64,000 nt of DNA from a virus. The notes under the pieces are model-generated. The model did no database searches. It worked only from the letters and a program-made list of their open reading frames with translations, and had not been told where the DNA came from. The position numbers and the translations under genes were made by a program. The DNA lies in IMG/VR virus record IMGVR_UViG_3300025276_000024, positions 1 to 64,000 of that record. One strand, written 5' to 3'. Every line of letters begins with the position of its first letter. The stretch's first letter is position 1. Below are positions 49,637 to 61,700 of this stretch, piece after piece.

Positions 49637-52348
49637 GTGGATTTAAACAAAATAAGTGTAAAACAGCAAGGTGGACAAATGATTCCAGGTGAACCTGGTA
49701 TGCAATCACAACAACCTATGCATCAAATGCCTGATGGTTCAATGATGCCGGGTGCAACACATGGTGAACAACCTATGATGGGAGCTCAAGAGGAAATTGA
49801 CCCTCAAGTAATGCAAATTACAGAATTATTTAACACATCAATTCAAGAAGGTAATAAACCACATGATGTAGTTATATCTTTGATTGAACAACAAGTAGAT
49901 CAAAATCTTATAGGTCAAGCCCTTATGCAACTTGGTATGGAACAAGAAGCAATTGTGCAATTGTTTCAGGAAGTACAACAAATGCAACAACCTCAAGAAC
50001 CATCAGCTGAGCAGATCAATAATAATCCACAACAGATTTCAAGGGCAGAAGCTATACAAGAAGAAGCTCCAGGTATGGACATGAATATAACTTCTATAGA
50101 TCAAGCTAAGTCTGGTATAGAAATTAAGCCAGAGAACAAGGGAAAGTTTACTAGATGGGCTAAAGCCCGTGGTATGACCGTTCCTGAAGCTGCTAAGAAG
50201 GTTATGTCAAATACTAAGGCTTACCCACCATCTGTAGTTAAGATGGCTAATTTTGCAAAGAATGCAGCAACTTTTAAAAAACAAGAGGGTGGAGCAACAG
50301 ACTATACAGAAGGGGTAAGACAAAGAGAAGGTTCTTATAATCCTCCTAATAGAAAGTATACTTTAGATCCAAGATTTAAAGCACAGACAGGTACAGAAAC
50401 TTCTACAGCTAATACAGGAACACAGGGTCAGGAGAATCTCAACATGATGAATGCTATTACAGCAGGGAAAGTAAATTTTACTGACACAAGTAAACCTAAA
50501 CCAAAAGGACCAGGTTTTATTGAGGGTTTAGAAAATGAAGGTATTCTAGAGCCAGGACCAATGTATGTCAATCCTGCTATATATAATCAAGGCAAATTTA
50601 ATTTGGGTAATGCAGCTAATGCTCTACTTGGTGGTTATGAAGATATGTTTAGTGGAAGAGACACAGATGGTGATGGTGTTAAAGATGGTTCATTTAGAGA
50701 TTGGAAAGGCAAAACAATTAAAAATAAAATGAACAAAGTTGCTAATGCAACATATGATTTAGAACTTAATTTAAGTGATGAAAATAAAACTGCTGCCAAA
50801 AATTGGTGGGAACAGTTTAAAATAGAAAACCCTGATGAAACTCAACAAAAAGATTTATTGGGTAATATTATACAAACAGAAACTGAAAAGCAAATCAATA
50901 AGGCAAATGCACCAAGTGGATTATCAGATGTTTCTGCTAAATTAATAGAACAATGGAAAGCTGGTTCTGCTGCTACAAAAGCATATATTGAAAGTATATT
51001 AAAACAACAGGGAAAAACTATACCAGCTGAAGAAGAAGTTGAAGAAGAAGTTGAAGTAGAGGTAGAAAAAGAAGAAGTATTAAGAAATGGTGGTTCATTA
51101 CCAAGAGCTCAGTATAGTTTTCCAGATGGTCCAGGTAGCTATGATGGTAGCTATGGTGGTGGTAAATATACTTTTCCGGATGGGTTTGACTCTAGCACAA
51201 TGGACTTTAGTAATTACTTTAAACAATTTCAAACAACTGATTATAATAGAGATACTCGTAATGCAGCAGATGCTGTTTTACAATCAGCAAATCCTACATT
51301 AGGGCCTACTCCACTACAACAGCAAACCAATCAAATGATGCAGAACTTAGCATCAGGACCACAAAATGTTAGCACTAAGGCAAAAGAAGAAAAAGGATTA
51401 GTAGAAGAAGTAAAACCTGAAACTGCAGAAGATCTTTACAAAAAAATAGATCAAGGAAGTTTAGATGTAAACTATGGTGGTGTTGGTGGATTTATTGATA
51501 GAGTTAAAAATGGCAAAGTTGCAACAGCTTTTGGAGATGTAAGTGATTTTCTTGTAAAAGGTGCAGGTGTAGTTAATGATTATTTTGATGAAGTAGAGCA
51601 AGAAGAAGCTATGCAAGATATGAGAGTTGGTTTGTCTGCTGATAATATATATGGAACTAAGACAGATGCATTTAATAAAAGAGGTACCTTTGATATTAAT
51701 ACTGGGATAATGGGTAGTGAAGGTGATGCTACTACAGGATTATATATGAGCAAAAAAGGTGGGGGTGTTAATAACCCAGGCTTTAAAGCATTGCCACCAG
51801 AAGCGCAACATAACATACTTAAGTTTATGCAAAATGCAGGTGAGATAGTTGAAGTTCCTGCCGAGGAAGAGCAATTAACTGTAGCACAAGATACGTTACA
51901 ACCACTGCCAAAAGAATTTAGAGAAAGTGAACTAGGAAAACAACTTTATAATTTAAGTCAACCATCACAAGAAGAAGTAATGTCTGTATGGGATCAAGCT
52001 AAAAATATTGATTCAATAGGTACCGGTTTAGATTTCTTTTCAGAAGTATCTAAAAAAGATTTACAACGCCTTTTACAAGAAGCTCAAATAGAAAAGCAAG
52101 ATGTAAGAGATTATGTTTATGATCAACCTTTTTATCAAGATGCTAGTGGAGTAAGTAAATTTGGAATTAGATCAGCAATGAAAATTAAAGGATTAAAAAA
52201 AGGGGGAGAAGCTGCGTACTTAGCAAATAGAGATAGAGTTATAAAAAGAGAAATGGCTAAAGCACAAGGTGGTGGTGAAATAGTACAAGTAGATTCAAGA
52301 ATGTTGGCAAAATTAATTGCAGCTGGAGCTGACATAGAAAAATTATAA
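49637..52348 (+). CDS. Modular low-complexity cargo protein
   Basis: GTG start; Q/M-rich segments, IEIKPENKGKFT..ANFAKNA mini-domain, many xQxGG motifs. Confidence 0.75.
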   Translation: MDLNKISVKQQGGQMIPGEPGMQSQQPMHQMPDGSMMPGATHGEQPMMGAQEEIDPQVMQITELFNTSIQEGNKPHDVVISLIEQQVDQNLIGQALMQLGMEQEAIVQLFQEVQQMQQPQEPSAEQINNNPQQISRAEAIQEEAPGMDMNITSIDQAKSGIEIKPENKGKFTRWAKARGMTVPEAAKKVMSNTKAYPPSVVKMANFAKNAATFKKQEGGATDYTEGVRQREGSYNPPNRKYTLDPRFKAQTGTETSTANTGTQGQENLNMMNAITAGKVNFTDTSKPKPKGPGFIEGLENEGILEPGPMYVNPAIYNQGKFNLGNAANALLGGYEDMFSGRDTDGDGVKDGSFRDWKGKTIKNKMNKVANATYDLELNLSDENKTAAKNWWEQFKIENPDETQQKDLLGNIIQTETEKQINKANAPSGLSDVSAKLIEQWKAGSAATKAYIESILKQQGKTIPAEEEVEEEVEVEVEKEEVLRNGGSLPRAQYSFPDGPGSYDGSYGGGKYTFPDGFDSSTMDFSNYFKQFQTTDYNRDTRNAADAVLQSANPTLGPTPLQQQTNQMMQNLASGPQNVSTKAKEEKGLVEEVKPETAEDLYKKIDQGSLDVNYGGVGGFIDRVKNGKVATAFGDVSDFLVKGAGVVNDYFDEVEQEEAMQDMRVGLSADNIYGTKTDAFNKRGTFDINTGIMGSEGDATTGLYMSKKGGGVNNPGFKALPPEAQHNILKFMQNAGEIVEVPAEEEQLTVAQDTLQPLPKEFRESELGKQLYNLSQPSQEEVMSVWDQAKNIDSIGTGLDFFSEVSKKDLQRLLQEAQIEKQDVRDYVYDQPFYQDASGVSKFGIRSAMKIKGLKKGGEAAYLANRDRVIKREMAKAQGGGEIVQVDSRMLAKLIAAGADIEKL

Positions 52349-52350
52349 TT

Positions 52351-55344
52351 ATGGCAAAAATTAAAATAAATAAATTACCACAAGGTTTTAGTATCCGTAA
52401 TGGAAATGTTGTAGAAGACAATACTATGAAAGATGGTGGAATGACTACAGGTGATCAAGCTGATTATGGTTTGGTTACAACTCCACAGGCATACTATGGT
52501 GAGACTAATTTTAACAATTCACAAGATGAATCAGTTAGATACAGTTTATCAAGTGTACCTAGAGAAGATGCAAATATAGAAGCAGAAGGTGGAGAAACAG
52601 TATTAACTGATTTGAATAATGATGGTACATTTGGTTTATATGACATACAAGGTCCTAGGCATGGAAGTGGTGGTGTTCCAATGTTTTTGCCTGATCAATC
52701 ATTTATTTTTTCTGATACTAGAAAACTAAAGTTTACTAAAGATGAAATGAATGAGTTTAATGTAGGAGGTAGTAAGAAAACCCCTGCTAAAATATCTAAG
52801 AAATTTGGACTGCAAGATTATTATGCTGAATTAGATTCACAATATGCTGATAACATATCTGCAACAAGTGCAGAGTTAATGTTAAAGAAAAACATGAATG
52901 ATTTATCTAAATTAGCATTTGTACAAGAAGCTAAAAAAGATTTTTCTGATGGTGTACCTTTAGCATCACATCCTTATTTAGTTTCTATAGGGGAAGACCC
53001 AATAGAGTTTACAGCTAAAGTAGAAGAAATATCAAGGAAAGAAGCAGAGGCCAAAGCACTAGCAGCATTACCCATTGAGCAACAGCAACAGATAATGATG
53101 ATGCAACAAATGATGGCTCAACAAGAACAACAACAGGGTATGCAACCACAAGGTATGCAACAGCAAATGCCACAACAAGGTATGCCTTCACCTATGGAAG
53201 AATTTATGCCTCAAGTAGGTGAGCCAGGTTTAGCTATGGAAAACAATGCTATGTTAGGAACTGCAATGTTTGGTTCTGAGTTAGGAGATTTCTTAACTAA
53301 AGCACAAGGGGGTGAGGAAATAGTATATGAGACAGTAGATACTGGAGATACTAATGATGGAGGTGTAACAACAGTTAATGATGGGTTTGGTTCATATTAC
53401 GTACCTCCAACTAGTGCCGCTGAAGAAGGTAAGTATTATCTAAATAAAAACACTGGTCAAGGTTATCAATTTACAAATGGAAAGTATGTTGAAGTAGAAC
53501 AGGTTACTCTTGATAGTGACAATAAAGTAGTCAGACCTCAAGTAGAAGTAGAAGAAACTTCTGAGGAAGTTGCATCAGGACCCACTAATGACGTTGCTGT
53601 GGAAGCTGTAACAACAGATAAAACTGTAGAGGCTACTGATAAACAAGTAGAAACTGTTGTTGATTCTGGGGGTAACAAAAACCCTTATAAAGCAGGAAGT
53701 GAAAAAGCTATAAAGTTTGATAAATTTATTGCTGATGGATATACTCCTACTATAGTAAAAGATGGTAAGAAGAGTAAAATATCTTTTGTACGTGAGGCAA
53801 AAGATGGTAGAACAATAAAAGGAGCTACTGAGGTTCAGGTATTTGATCAAGATAAAATAAAGGGTGCAGGTGGTTTAGGTGATACATATACTCCTGATAT
53901 TAGAGCTCAAGAAGAATTAAATAATGATCCTGATGTTGGTGATGTAGCTACATTTATATCTGGTAAGTTTTCTGGTAATAAATTACCTGACACACAATCA
54001 AGGAATACTGATGGTTTTGGATATGGTTCAGATATGTTTTCTAGTGAAGAATCTGAAGAAGATTTTTATTACAGAAATCAGACTGTTATAGATGAATTAA
54101 AAGCAGATGGTGTTGACTTCCAGTTTAACATGGATATGAAAGATCCAAACTATGATGCAAATTGGAGAGGCTTTCAAAACAAGTATGAAGAGAAAAGAAA
54201 AGAATACTTTGAGAAAAAAAATGTTCAATATATACCATACTTCTTTACAGATGAAGTATTACAAGAAAGACTTAAAAATGATCCTGATACTTATGATACA
54301 GATGGAGATGGTAAGTTAGATAAAGAATGGAAAAAAAGAAGGTTTGATGGTAAGAGAGGTGGTTATACTGTAAATGCTCCTGGGTTTGATATGAATTATC
54401 AAGCAAGAGATGAGCAGTTTATGGAACTTGATGAAGAACCACCAGAAACCAAAATACCACCAGTAGTCAAACCACCACCAAAAAAAGAATGGTGGAAACA
54501 AGATCAAAATAATATTCAAGCTTTAAATAATATTGATGATGAATTGTACCTGCCTTGGGCACCACAATTAGAAGATCAAAAAATTGATTATGTTTTGGAT
54601 GATTATACAGGCCGTGTTAATGCTAACCTTGCAAGTCAAAATACTATGGCTCAAGCATTAGGGGCATATGGTCCACAAGCTATTGCAAGAAGTAATATTC
54701 AAGGAAAAACTTTAGATGCTAATGCAAAAGCTATAAATCAAGTAAATCAAAACAATGTTAAAACAATGAATAGAGTAGCAACTATGCAACCTCAACTTGA
54801 TATGAAAGTTGATATGGCAAACAATGCTACAAATAAACAACTGTATGATGATACTACAGTAGCTCTTCAAAATGCTAATAACTTTGATAATTGGAAGACT
54901 GGTAAAATGAATGATTTATATAATGCTGGAATAACCAATGCAGCAAATACTTATAATATGAATCAGCTATATGATTATTATAATGTAAATACACTAAAAG
55001 GTGGGGATGTTGAATTTGGCCCTAATGGTAAAAAATTAATGAAAGATTCTTCTGGTAACTCAGCTCAGCAAAATATTGAGAATTACCAAGAGCTCCAAAA
55101 ACTAATGGGTAAAGATGAAAAAGGTAATCAACAGCAAGTTCCTGAATGGTTATTTAATCAAACTTATGGTACTACTCCACCAAATGCAAGTAGAACAAAT
55201 GGTCAAAATGAATTATTAAATAATTCAGGAGTAACTGGATATGACGCAGCTGGTAATAAAGTTGGTGGAGCAAGAAAAGGAAAAGAAATAAAGAAGTTAT
55301 CAAAGTGGGCAGTACCTTTTTACAGTGGTAAAATGGGATTATAA
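52351..55344 (+). CDS. Cargo protein (EAEGGE..GPRH..GG family)
   Basis: NIEAEGGETV..GPRHGSGGVP..IFSD..TPAKISK N-domain; N/Q-rich coiled C-term. Confidence 0.75.
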   Translation: MAKIKINKLPQGFSIRNGNVVEDNTMKDGGMTTGDQADYGLVTTPQAYYGETNFNNSQDESVRYSLSSVPREDANIEAEGGETVLTDLNNDGTFGLYDIQGPRHGSGGVPMFLPDQSFIFSDTRKLKFTKDEMNEFNVGGSKKTPAKISKKFGLQDYYAELDSQYADNISATSAELMLKKNMNDLSKLAFVQEAKKDFSDGVPLASHPYLVSIGEDPIEFTAKVEEISRKEAEAKALAALPIEQQQQIMMMQQMMAQQEQQQGMQPQGMQQQMPQQGMPSPMEEFMPQVGEPGLAMENNAMLGTAMFGSELGDFLTKAQGGEEIVYETVDTGDTNDGGVTTVNDGFGSYYVPPTSAAEEGKYYLNKNTGQGYQFTNGKYVEVEQVTLDSDNKVVRPQVEVEETSEEVASGPTNDVAVEAVTTDKTVEATDKQVETVVDSGGNKNPYKAGSEKAIKFDKFIADGYTPTIVKDGKKSKISFVREAKDGRTIKGATEVQVFDQDKIKGAGGLGDTYTPDIRAQEELNNDPDVGDVATFISGKFSGNKLPDTQSRNTDGFGYGSDMFSSEESEEDFYYRNQTVIDELKADGVDFQFNMDMKDPNYDANWRGFQNKYEEKRKEYFEKKNVQYIPYFFTDEVLQERLKNDPDTYDTDGDGKLDKEWKKRRFDGKRGGYTVNAPGFDMNYQARDEQFMELDEEPPETKIPPVVKPPPKKEWWKQDQNNIQALNNIDDELYLPWAPQLEDQKIDYVLDDYTGRVNANLASQNTMAQALGAYGPQAIARSNIQGKTLDANAKAINQVNQNNVKTMNRVATMQPQLDMKVDMANNATNKQLYDDTTVALQNANNFDNWKTGKMNDLYNAGITNAANTYNMNQLYDYYNVNTLKGGDVEFGPNGKKLMKDSSGNSAQQNIENYQELQKLMGKDEKGNQQQVPEWLFNQTYGTTPPNASRTNGQNELLNNSGVTGYDAAGNKVGGARKGKEIKKLSKWAVPFYSGKMGL

Positions 55345-55403
55345 ACTTAAAGGGTTTATATAAAACACTTTGTAAACTTATATAATTATATTAATTTTAC
55401 ATT

Positions 55404-58400
55404 ATGGCAACATACGTTAAAGGAGTAGAAACATACTTACCAGATATTAAACCGTTTACACCGGATTATAAATTCTTGTCTGCAGTTTTAGAGACTAGAA
55501 CAGATAAGTATGATAGAAACTATAAAGCTACAAATGACTTATATAATAAAGTTGTTTATGCAGACTTAGCAAGAGAAGATACTAAAGAAAGAAGGGATCA
55601 ATATGCAGAACAAATTGCTCCTAACATTGAACAAATATCAGGATTAGATTTATCATTGCAATCAAATGTTGATGCAGCTAAAGGTGTGTTTGCCCCTTTC
55701 TATGACGATGATATGACTGTAAGAGATATGGTATATACCTCAAGGTTTAGAGACCAGAATAGGCAAGCACAGAACTTATTAAATTCTCCTGACCAAACTG
55801 TACAAGATCAGTATTGGGAAGTTGGTAAACGAGCTATGCAATATCAAATGGATGAGTTTATTAATGCTGATCCAGATAAAGCTATGTCTATGAGGTTACC
55901 AGAGTTTGTTCCTCAAGCTAACTTATTTAAGATGAGTCAACAGTTGTTAGAAAACATGGACCCACCTCTTAAAATGAAGATGGATAGATTTGCTAAAGTT
56001 GCAAATCCTAATTTTAATCCAAATCAAGATGTATCAAAATCAAACCCAAAAGAAATAGCAAATACTGATTGGGTTATTACTGAGCAAAATGGTTCTTTAG
56101 TAACTGGTGCTGCATTACAAACAATACGAGCAAGTTTAATTGATAATGCTGGAGTACAAAAAGCATATCAGACTGAGGCTTATGTAAAAAGTATGGACTG
56201 GGCTACACAAGCTGTAGAAAGCGGAAGTGCAGGTTCACTTGCTAATGGTCAAGAAATGTGGGCAACTGAAACTGTTAGAAGAATAGAAGCAGTAAATCAA
56301 TATAAATTAAATAATGATTTAAAGAGTTTAGAAAAAGCAGAAAAAGCTGCAGTAACATGGGCAAATTATAAAGGTGGTAAAGGTCTTGTACCTGGTAGTC
56401 AATTAGATAACTTAGATAAAGAACAATTATCTGATATAGAAAAATATAAATTAGATATTGAAGCTAAGAAAAGAATAGCTAATGAGGCCGTATTACCTTC
56501 TCCAACAAATCAGAACCTATTAAATAAAGCATATAGTTTATATATGCAAAGCAATATTTTAAATGATATGCAAGAGTCTGCACAATCATGGAGTGCTAGA
56601 GACTACATATATGAAATGAATCCTAATGAGTTTGCTCTTAAAGAAAAACAGTTTAAGTACAACATGGCTGAAATTTCAGCACGTAGTACTAATGCTTTTA
56701 ATCAAGCAAAGTATAATGCAGATAGAAAAGATAATAATACTTTATTAGATAAAGGCTACCAATATGATGACGCAGGTAATTTGGTGAAAATGCCTTGGGC
56801 TGAAGGTGGTGGTGGAGCAAATAGTGGTTTAGGAGCTTTCCTTAATCAAGGAGGAGTAACTATTGGTGATGCTAATACAATTGAAGGAGCGGTAGATAAG
56901 GACGGAGATGTTTCTCCAAATTCAGATATTATGGAAACAGCTAAAGCTGACCATGGTCTTCATATGCAAAATGTAGGTAGAGAGCAAATTTCTATGTTGT
57001 TAGGTTCAACGGGACAAGTGGGTATGTTACAACAGCTTAATCCTAAAGGAAATACTGGTGATGATAATCAAAGGTTTAGAATTAATTTAGGAGGTAGAGA
57101 AGTTGTAGGTGATTTACAGGAAATAAGAAAAGAACTTTCACAACCTATGAATAGAGATGGTTCCGGTGGTTTAAAATATCTTAATGATATTAAAAACTTG
57201 TATACAGAGCAACAACTTCTTTTTAATGATACAAGACAAGTAACTAAAGATAATATAGAAACTACACAAGGTGATGCTAATCAAAGGACACAATATGATG
57301 ATCTATATGATTTGATGTCAGGACCTAATGGTACTAATATAAAAATGAAAGCTGGTGATGTATTTATAAAAGAAGCATATAAGACATATAAACAAGCCTT
57401 TGATCAAAATCAAATATTAGAAACAGCAAGAAAAGATAGTGACATAAGAGGGTTTATGGATGCAGGAATGCCAACTCTTTTTGCTGAAGGATCAAACATG
57501 CCTTACAGTCTAAAAGAATATCAAGATGCAGTTATAGAAGGAGTTAAAAACGGTACTATAAAAAACTATGATGAATGGGGATGGGATATTGGTACAAGTG
57601 AAAGAAACTATTTAATTCCACTAAGGGAAAAGGTACAAGGGAAACCAAGTACTAGTATTTCACCAACAACTGGTGTAGTTACCACATCAGATGGTTCATA
57701 TATGAGAGATGTATTTGAAGCAGATGGTGTTACTCCAGTAATGACTGTAGATGTCAGAGCTATTAGAGCTGAGGCAAAACAAGTATATGATGAATTAAAG
57801 ACTAATCTTAATGCTGCACTTACAGATCAAAAAGATGCTAATACAAATTCAGCTTCTTTTAATTCTATTAAGTATGGTATAGAGGGTGGATACGCAGATG
57901 TCATTAGTAATTTTACATATAACTATACTGTTAATCCGTTATCACGGGATGCTGATAGTGAAAATGAAGTTATCAATTTTGTAGGACAAATGAGAGATAT
58001 GGATTCTAAAGGTTTACCATATGGAATAGGCGTAGGTAAATTAGGTAATGTAGGTGAGTTAACAGAAAAAGATCCATTAGCTATTAAGGTTAGGGATAGA
58101 TTGATGAAAGATCTTCAAACTTGGATTAATAACCCTAAGAGATCTAACACTGCAGCAATTGCTCCTATATTTAATTTAGCTTACAAGCCTGTTTTTGGTA
58201 GAGCAAAAGAAGCTAATAAAGTTCATGCTGGTTATGAAGTTGGTAATATAGATGCTTGGCTTGCATCATATGTAAAAGGCGGAGTCAATGATGAGTATGG
58301 TGTATTTTCCAGGGATGATTTAAAAAGGCTTAAGGGTATTGGTGATGATAATGAAGGTTCAGGTATATTTGTTGTATTTGATCAAGAGTATGATTTAAAT

Positions 58401-58775
58401 ACTAAAGCTAAAAAGAATGATTATTATTCTAGTACTGAAGTAGATATATTAAGTGGAGATGATAGTGGCTATGCTGACTACAAAGTTCCTAATGATAATG
58501 GTATAACACCAACTGCTGAGTTTAGAGTTATTAAAAATGGTACTGGTGATTATTCAGTTCAATATTCTGTCAATACATATAATCCAAAACCTGCAGATCC
58601 AGACTTAGCAGCAAACTGGTCAGAATATACTCAAGAGACGGGAACAGTACCTATGGACTTTAAACATGGACTACGTGGTATAGATGTACAAGTTCAAAAT
58701 TATCTCTTTGAATATAGAAATACTAGAGATAATAATCAGCGCCTAAGACAAAAAGATGAGGCTATTAATAAATAA
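55404..58775 (+). CDS. Large ejected/cargo protein
   Basis: 1123 aa; PFTPDY N-term with coiled coil; position before the giant cargo gene. Confidence 0.7.
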   Translation: MATYVKGVETYLPDIKPFTPDYKFLSAVLETRTDKYDRNYKATNDLYNKVVYADLAREDTKERRDQYAEQIAPNIEQISGLDLSLQSNVDAAKGVFAPFYDDDMTVRDMVYTSRFRDQNRQAQNLLNSPDQTVQDQYWEVGKRAMQYQMDEFINADPDKAMSMRLPEFVPQANLFKMSQQLLENMDPPLKMKMDRFAKVANPNFNPNQDVSKSNPKEIANTDWVITEQNGSLVTGAALQTIRASLIDNAGVQKAYQTEAYVKSMDWATQAVESGSAGSLANGQEMWATETVRRIEAVNQYKLNNDLKSLEKAEKAAVTWANYKGGKGLVPGSQLDNLDKEQLSDIEKYKLDIEAKKRIANEAVLPSPTNQNLLNKAYSLYMQSNILNDMQESAQSWSARDYIYEMNPNEFALKEKQFKYNMAEISARSTNAFNQAKYNADRKDNNTLLDKGYQYDDAGNLVKMPWAEGGGGANSGLGAFLNQGGVTIGDANTIEGAVDKDGDVSPNSDIMETAKADHGLHMQNVGREQISMLLGSTGQVGMLQQLNPKGNTGDDNQRFRINLGGREVVGDLQEIRKELSQPMNRDGSGGLKYLNDIKNLYTEQQLLFNDTRQVTKDNIETTQGDANQRTQYDDLYDLMSGPNGTNIKMKAGDVFIKEAYKTYKQAFDQNQILETARKDSDIRGFMDAGMPTLFAEGSNMPYSLKEYQDAVIEGVKNGTIKNYDEWGWDIGTSERNYLIPLREKVQGKPSTSISPTTGVVTTSDGSYMRDVFEADGVTPVMTVDVRAIRAEAKQVYDELKTNLNAALTDQKDANTNSASFNSIKYGIEGGYADVISNFTYNYTVNPLSRDADSENEVINFVGQMRDMDSKGLPYGIGVGKLGNVGELTEKDPLAIKVRDRLMKDLQTWINNPKRSNTAAIAPIFNLAYKPVFGRAKEANKVHAGYEVGNIDAWLASYVKGGVNDEYGVFSRDDLKRLKGIGDDNEGSGIFVVFDQEYDLNTKAKKNDYYSSTEVDILSGDDSGYADYKVPNDNGITPTAEFRVIKNGTGDYSVQYSVNTYNPKPADPDLAANWSEYTQETGTVPMDFKHGLRGIDVQVQNYLFEYRNTRDNNQRLRQKDEAINK

Positions 58776-58786
58776 ATCAACATTAG

Positions 58787-61700
58787 ATGGAAAACGAATC
58801 TAAAGGCCCTTTATCAGAGGAAATAGTATCACAACAAAGACCTGCCCCAAGTATTATACCTGAAGGGCAGTTCCGCTTTGAACCAATTGCTGATTTGTTT
58901 GAAACTCCTGAAACTAACTTTAATGATCTATTAATGAGTGGACCATTAGCTGCTGATGAAATATCAGGTGTTAATGAATATAAAGCTGATATAGATAAGT
59001 ATGGTATAAGTGCTATGGCTTCTTTAGGTGTAGGTGTTCCAAGTTTTGCAACTGATACATATAATCCAATTGCTCAGGATCAACCTGATAAGAGTACATT
59101 TTCTAAAATGCAAGAGCTTTCTACTCTGCCAAATGCACCCGTGTCTACTAATAGATTAGCTCCTGTGTTTTCAGGAATGAGACAAACTCAATTTTTGAGA
59201 TATTATAATCATCCTGAATTTGATAAGTTAGGTTTTTCACCATATGCAAATATGGAGAACTTTTATAATGAGAATTCTACTATATGGGATGATATGGAAA
59301 GAATGAGAGGACAATGGTTTTCTCTAGCCGGTACTGGATTAAATTCTGTATATGGATCACTTACAAGTGGTACTGATTACCTAGAACCAGACTTAGCTTC
59401 TGCTTCAGAATTTGAAGATATAATGGCAATCTCTTCTTCTACTAGAGGTGGAGTAGGTGGTTTCATTAATAACTTAGCTGCTAACTCTGCATACACAGGG
59501 GGTATACTTGCATCAATAGCAATTGAAGAAGTAATACTTGCAGGAGCAGCAGCATTACAAGGTGGTATGAATCCTGTTTCTGATGCAGCTCTTATAGCAA
59601 GAACCGCTAAGAATACAGTAACAGGTACAAAAGCTCTTTATAGTTTTACAAAATTATTTGAGAGAACAAGAAAGATATTACAAAAAGCTAAAGAATTAGA
59701 AACAGCAAGAGATTTTTTTACTGCTGTAAAATCAGGAGGTAAAATGTCACTTAATCTATTAGGTAAAGGATTTACACCTAATACAGTAAAGGCATTTAGA
59801 AATATTAAGACTGCTGAAAATGCTGGTCAGAATATGTCTAATCTAGCTAAGATGTCTACTAAGTTTGGTGGATTTTATAGAGACCTTAGAGCAGTTAATT
59901 TAGCAATGGCTGAATCTAAACTTGAAGCAGGAATGGTTTACAACCAGGTAATGAGACAAGGTTTAACAGAGGCATCTAATAAAAATATGGGTAAAGGACC
60001 CGGAGAAGATTTTGAAGGAGATATAGCCAATGCAGCAAACAATGCATCATTCAAAGCTATGTTAGCTAATGCACCTTTAATTTATGCAAGTAACTGGTTT
60101 GTTATTGGTAATGCATTAGGTGGTTTTCAAAGAGGAATACAAAGAACATTAGGTAATACATTTCAAAAAGGTTTTGCTAAAAATATAGTTAATACTGCAG
60201 GTAAGAAAGTAGTAAACTCTGCTGGTGAATTAATTAAAAGCCCATTTAAATATGTAGGCAATAGCTTTTCAAACATGTGGGGTAAGGTTAAAGCTGGTGG
60301 CTTTAAAGGTCTTACCGGTGCAGGTAGTATAGCAATGCTTGATTATTTTGCTGCTAACGTTGCAGAAGGTATACAAGAGATTGGACAGGAAGCTATCTCA
60401 GCAGCAACTGTAGGTTACTATACTGAAATACTAGATAATCCTGCACAAGGAGGTATTGATTTAAGAAATCAAATGATAATGTCTGCAATGGGTGATCAGT
60501 TTTCTGCTGAAGGAGCCAATGTATTTTTATCTGGTTTTCTTATGGGTGGATTAGTATCTGGTCCACAAAAATTATTCTTTCAAGGTGTACCTTCTATATA
60601 TAATTATGGGCTTCAGCAAGCTGGTATTGGTTTAGCATCTAAGTCTCAAAAAGAAGCATACGCAGAATACAAGAAGAACAGAGAGGAAATGATTGATGAG
60701 GTTGTGAAATCTTATAATAAATCATGGGATACTCAAGCATATGACCCTTCAGACTTATTTGATCTTACAAGAATGAACTTTATGGTTCAAAAGGAAGCAG
60801 CAGAAAGTATCAGAAAGAATGTATTTAGCCAAGACAGGTTCGGTGTTATAGATGCAAAAGATGCATCTAAATTTTCACAGTATAATTATATGTTTGCTAC
60901 AGGAGGATCAGCTAATTTTAAAAATCAATTACAAGGATTTCTAGAATTATCAGATGAAGAACTCATACAAGCATTTCCTAATGTATCTAAACAAGATAAA
61001 CAATCTGGAAAGTTAAGAGAACGTATTACTAGTATGATGACTAGTATGGATAAAATTGAAGATTCCTATAATAGGAATAAAGATAAAAATGTAAACCCAT
61101 TTAATAAAAATAAGTACAATAGAAAGACTCAAGAAACAGAATATATTGCTGAAGCATTAAATCAATATGCATATGATCATGTGCGTTATTTACAAATGTT
61201 TACTGAGAACGGTTTTAACAGAGCGTTAGAAAGAGCAGATGGTATTTATTCTATATTAGAATCTGAACCATTATTTAAAGGCATGTCTGCTAATGATATA
61301 ACAGTTTTACTAGACTCAGATTCAATAGAGAAAGAAATATCAATGCTTCAACAACAAATTGCAGCTACTGAAGGTGCTGACAAAGGTCTTGGAGAAAGCA
61401 ATAAAACCAAAAGACAAAAAATTAAAAGGTTGACAGCAATGTATAAGATTGTTACTGACCCACAAAATAGATTTAAGAATGGAACCTTTAAAAGAAATAA
61501 ACTTTTAAAAGGAAAACTAAGAAGTGAATTTAAAAATTATGTAAGATTCATGGCATCTAGTAAAGGTGAATTTGTATCTGAAGATAAAATAGATACAGCA
61601 CTTGAACAGATAGTTGATTATGGTGCTCTTAAAGGTAGAGCAAGGGTATATGATAAAGCCATTCAGTATTTACAGAATCCTGAAAAGTTTGCTGAGATAC

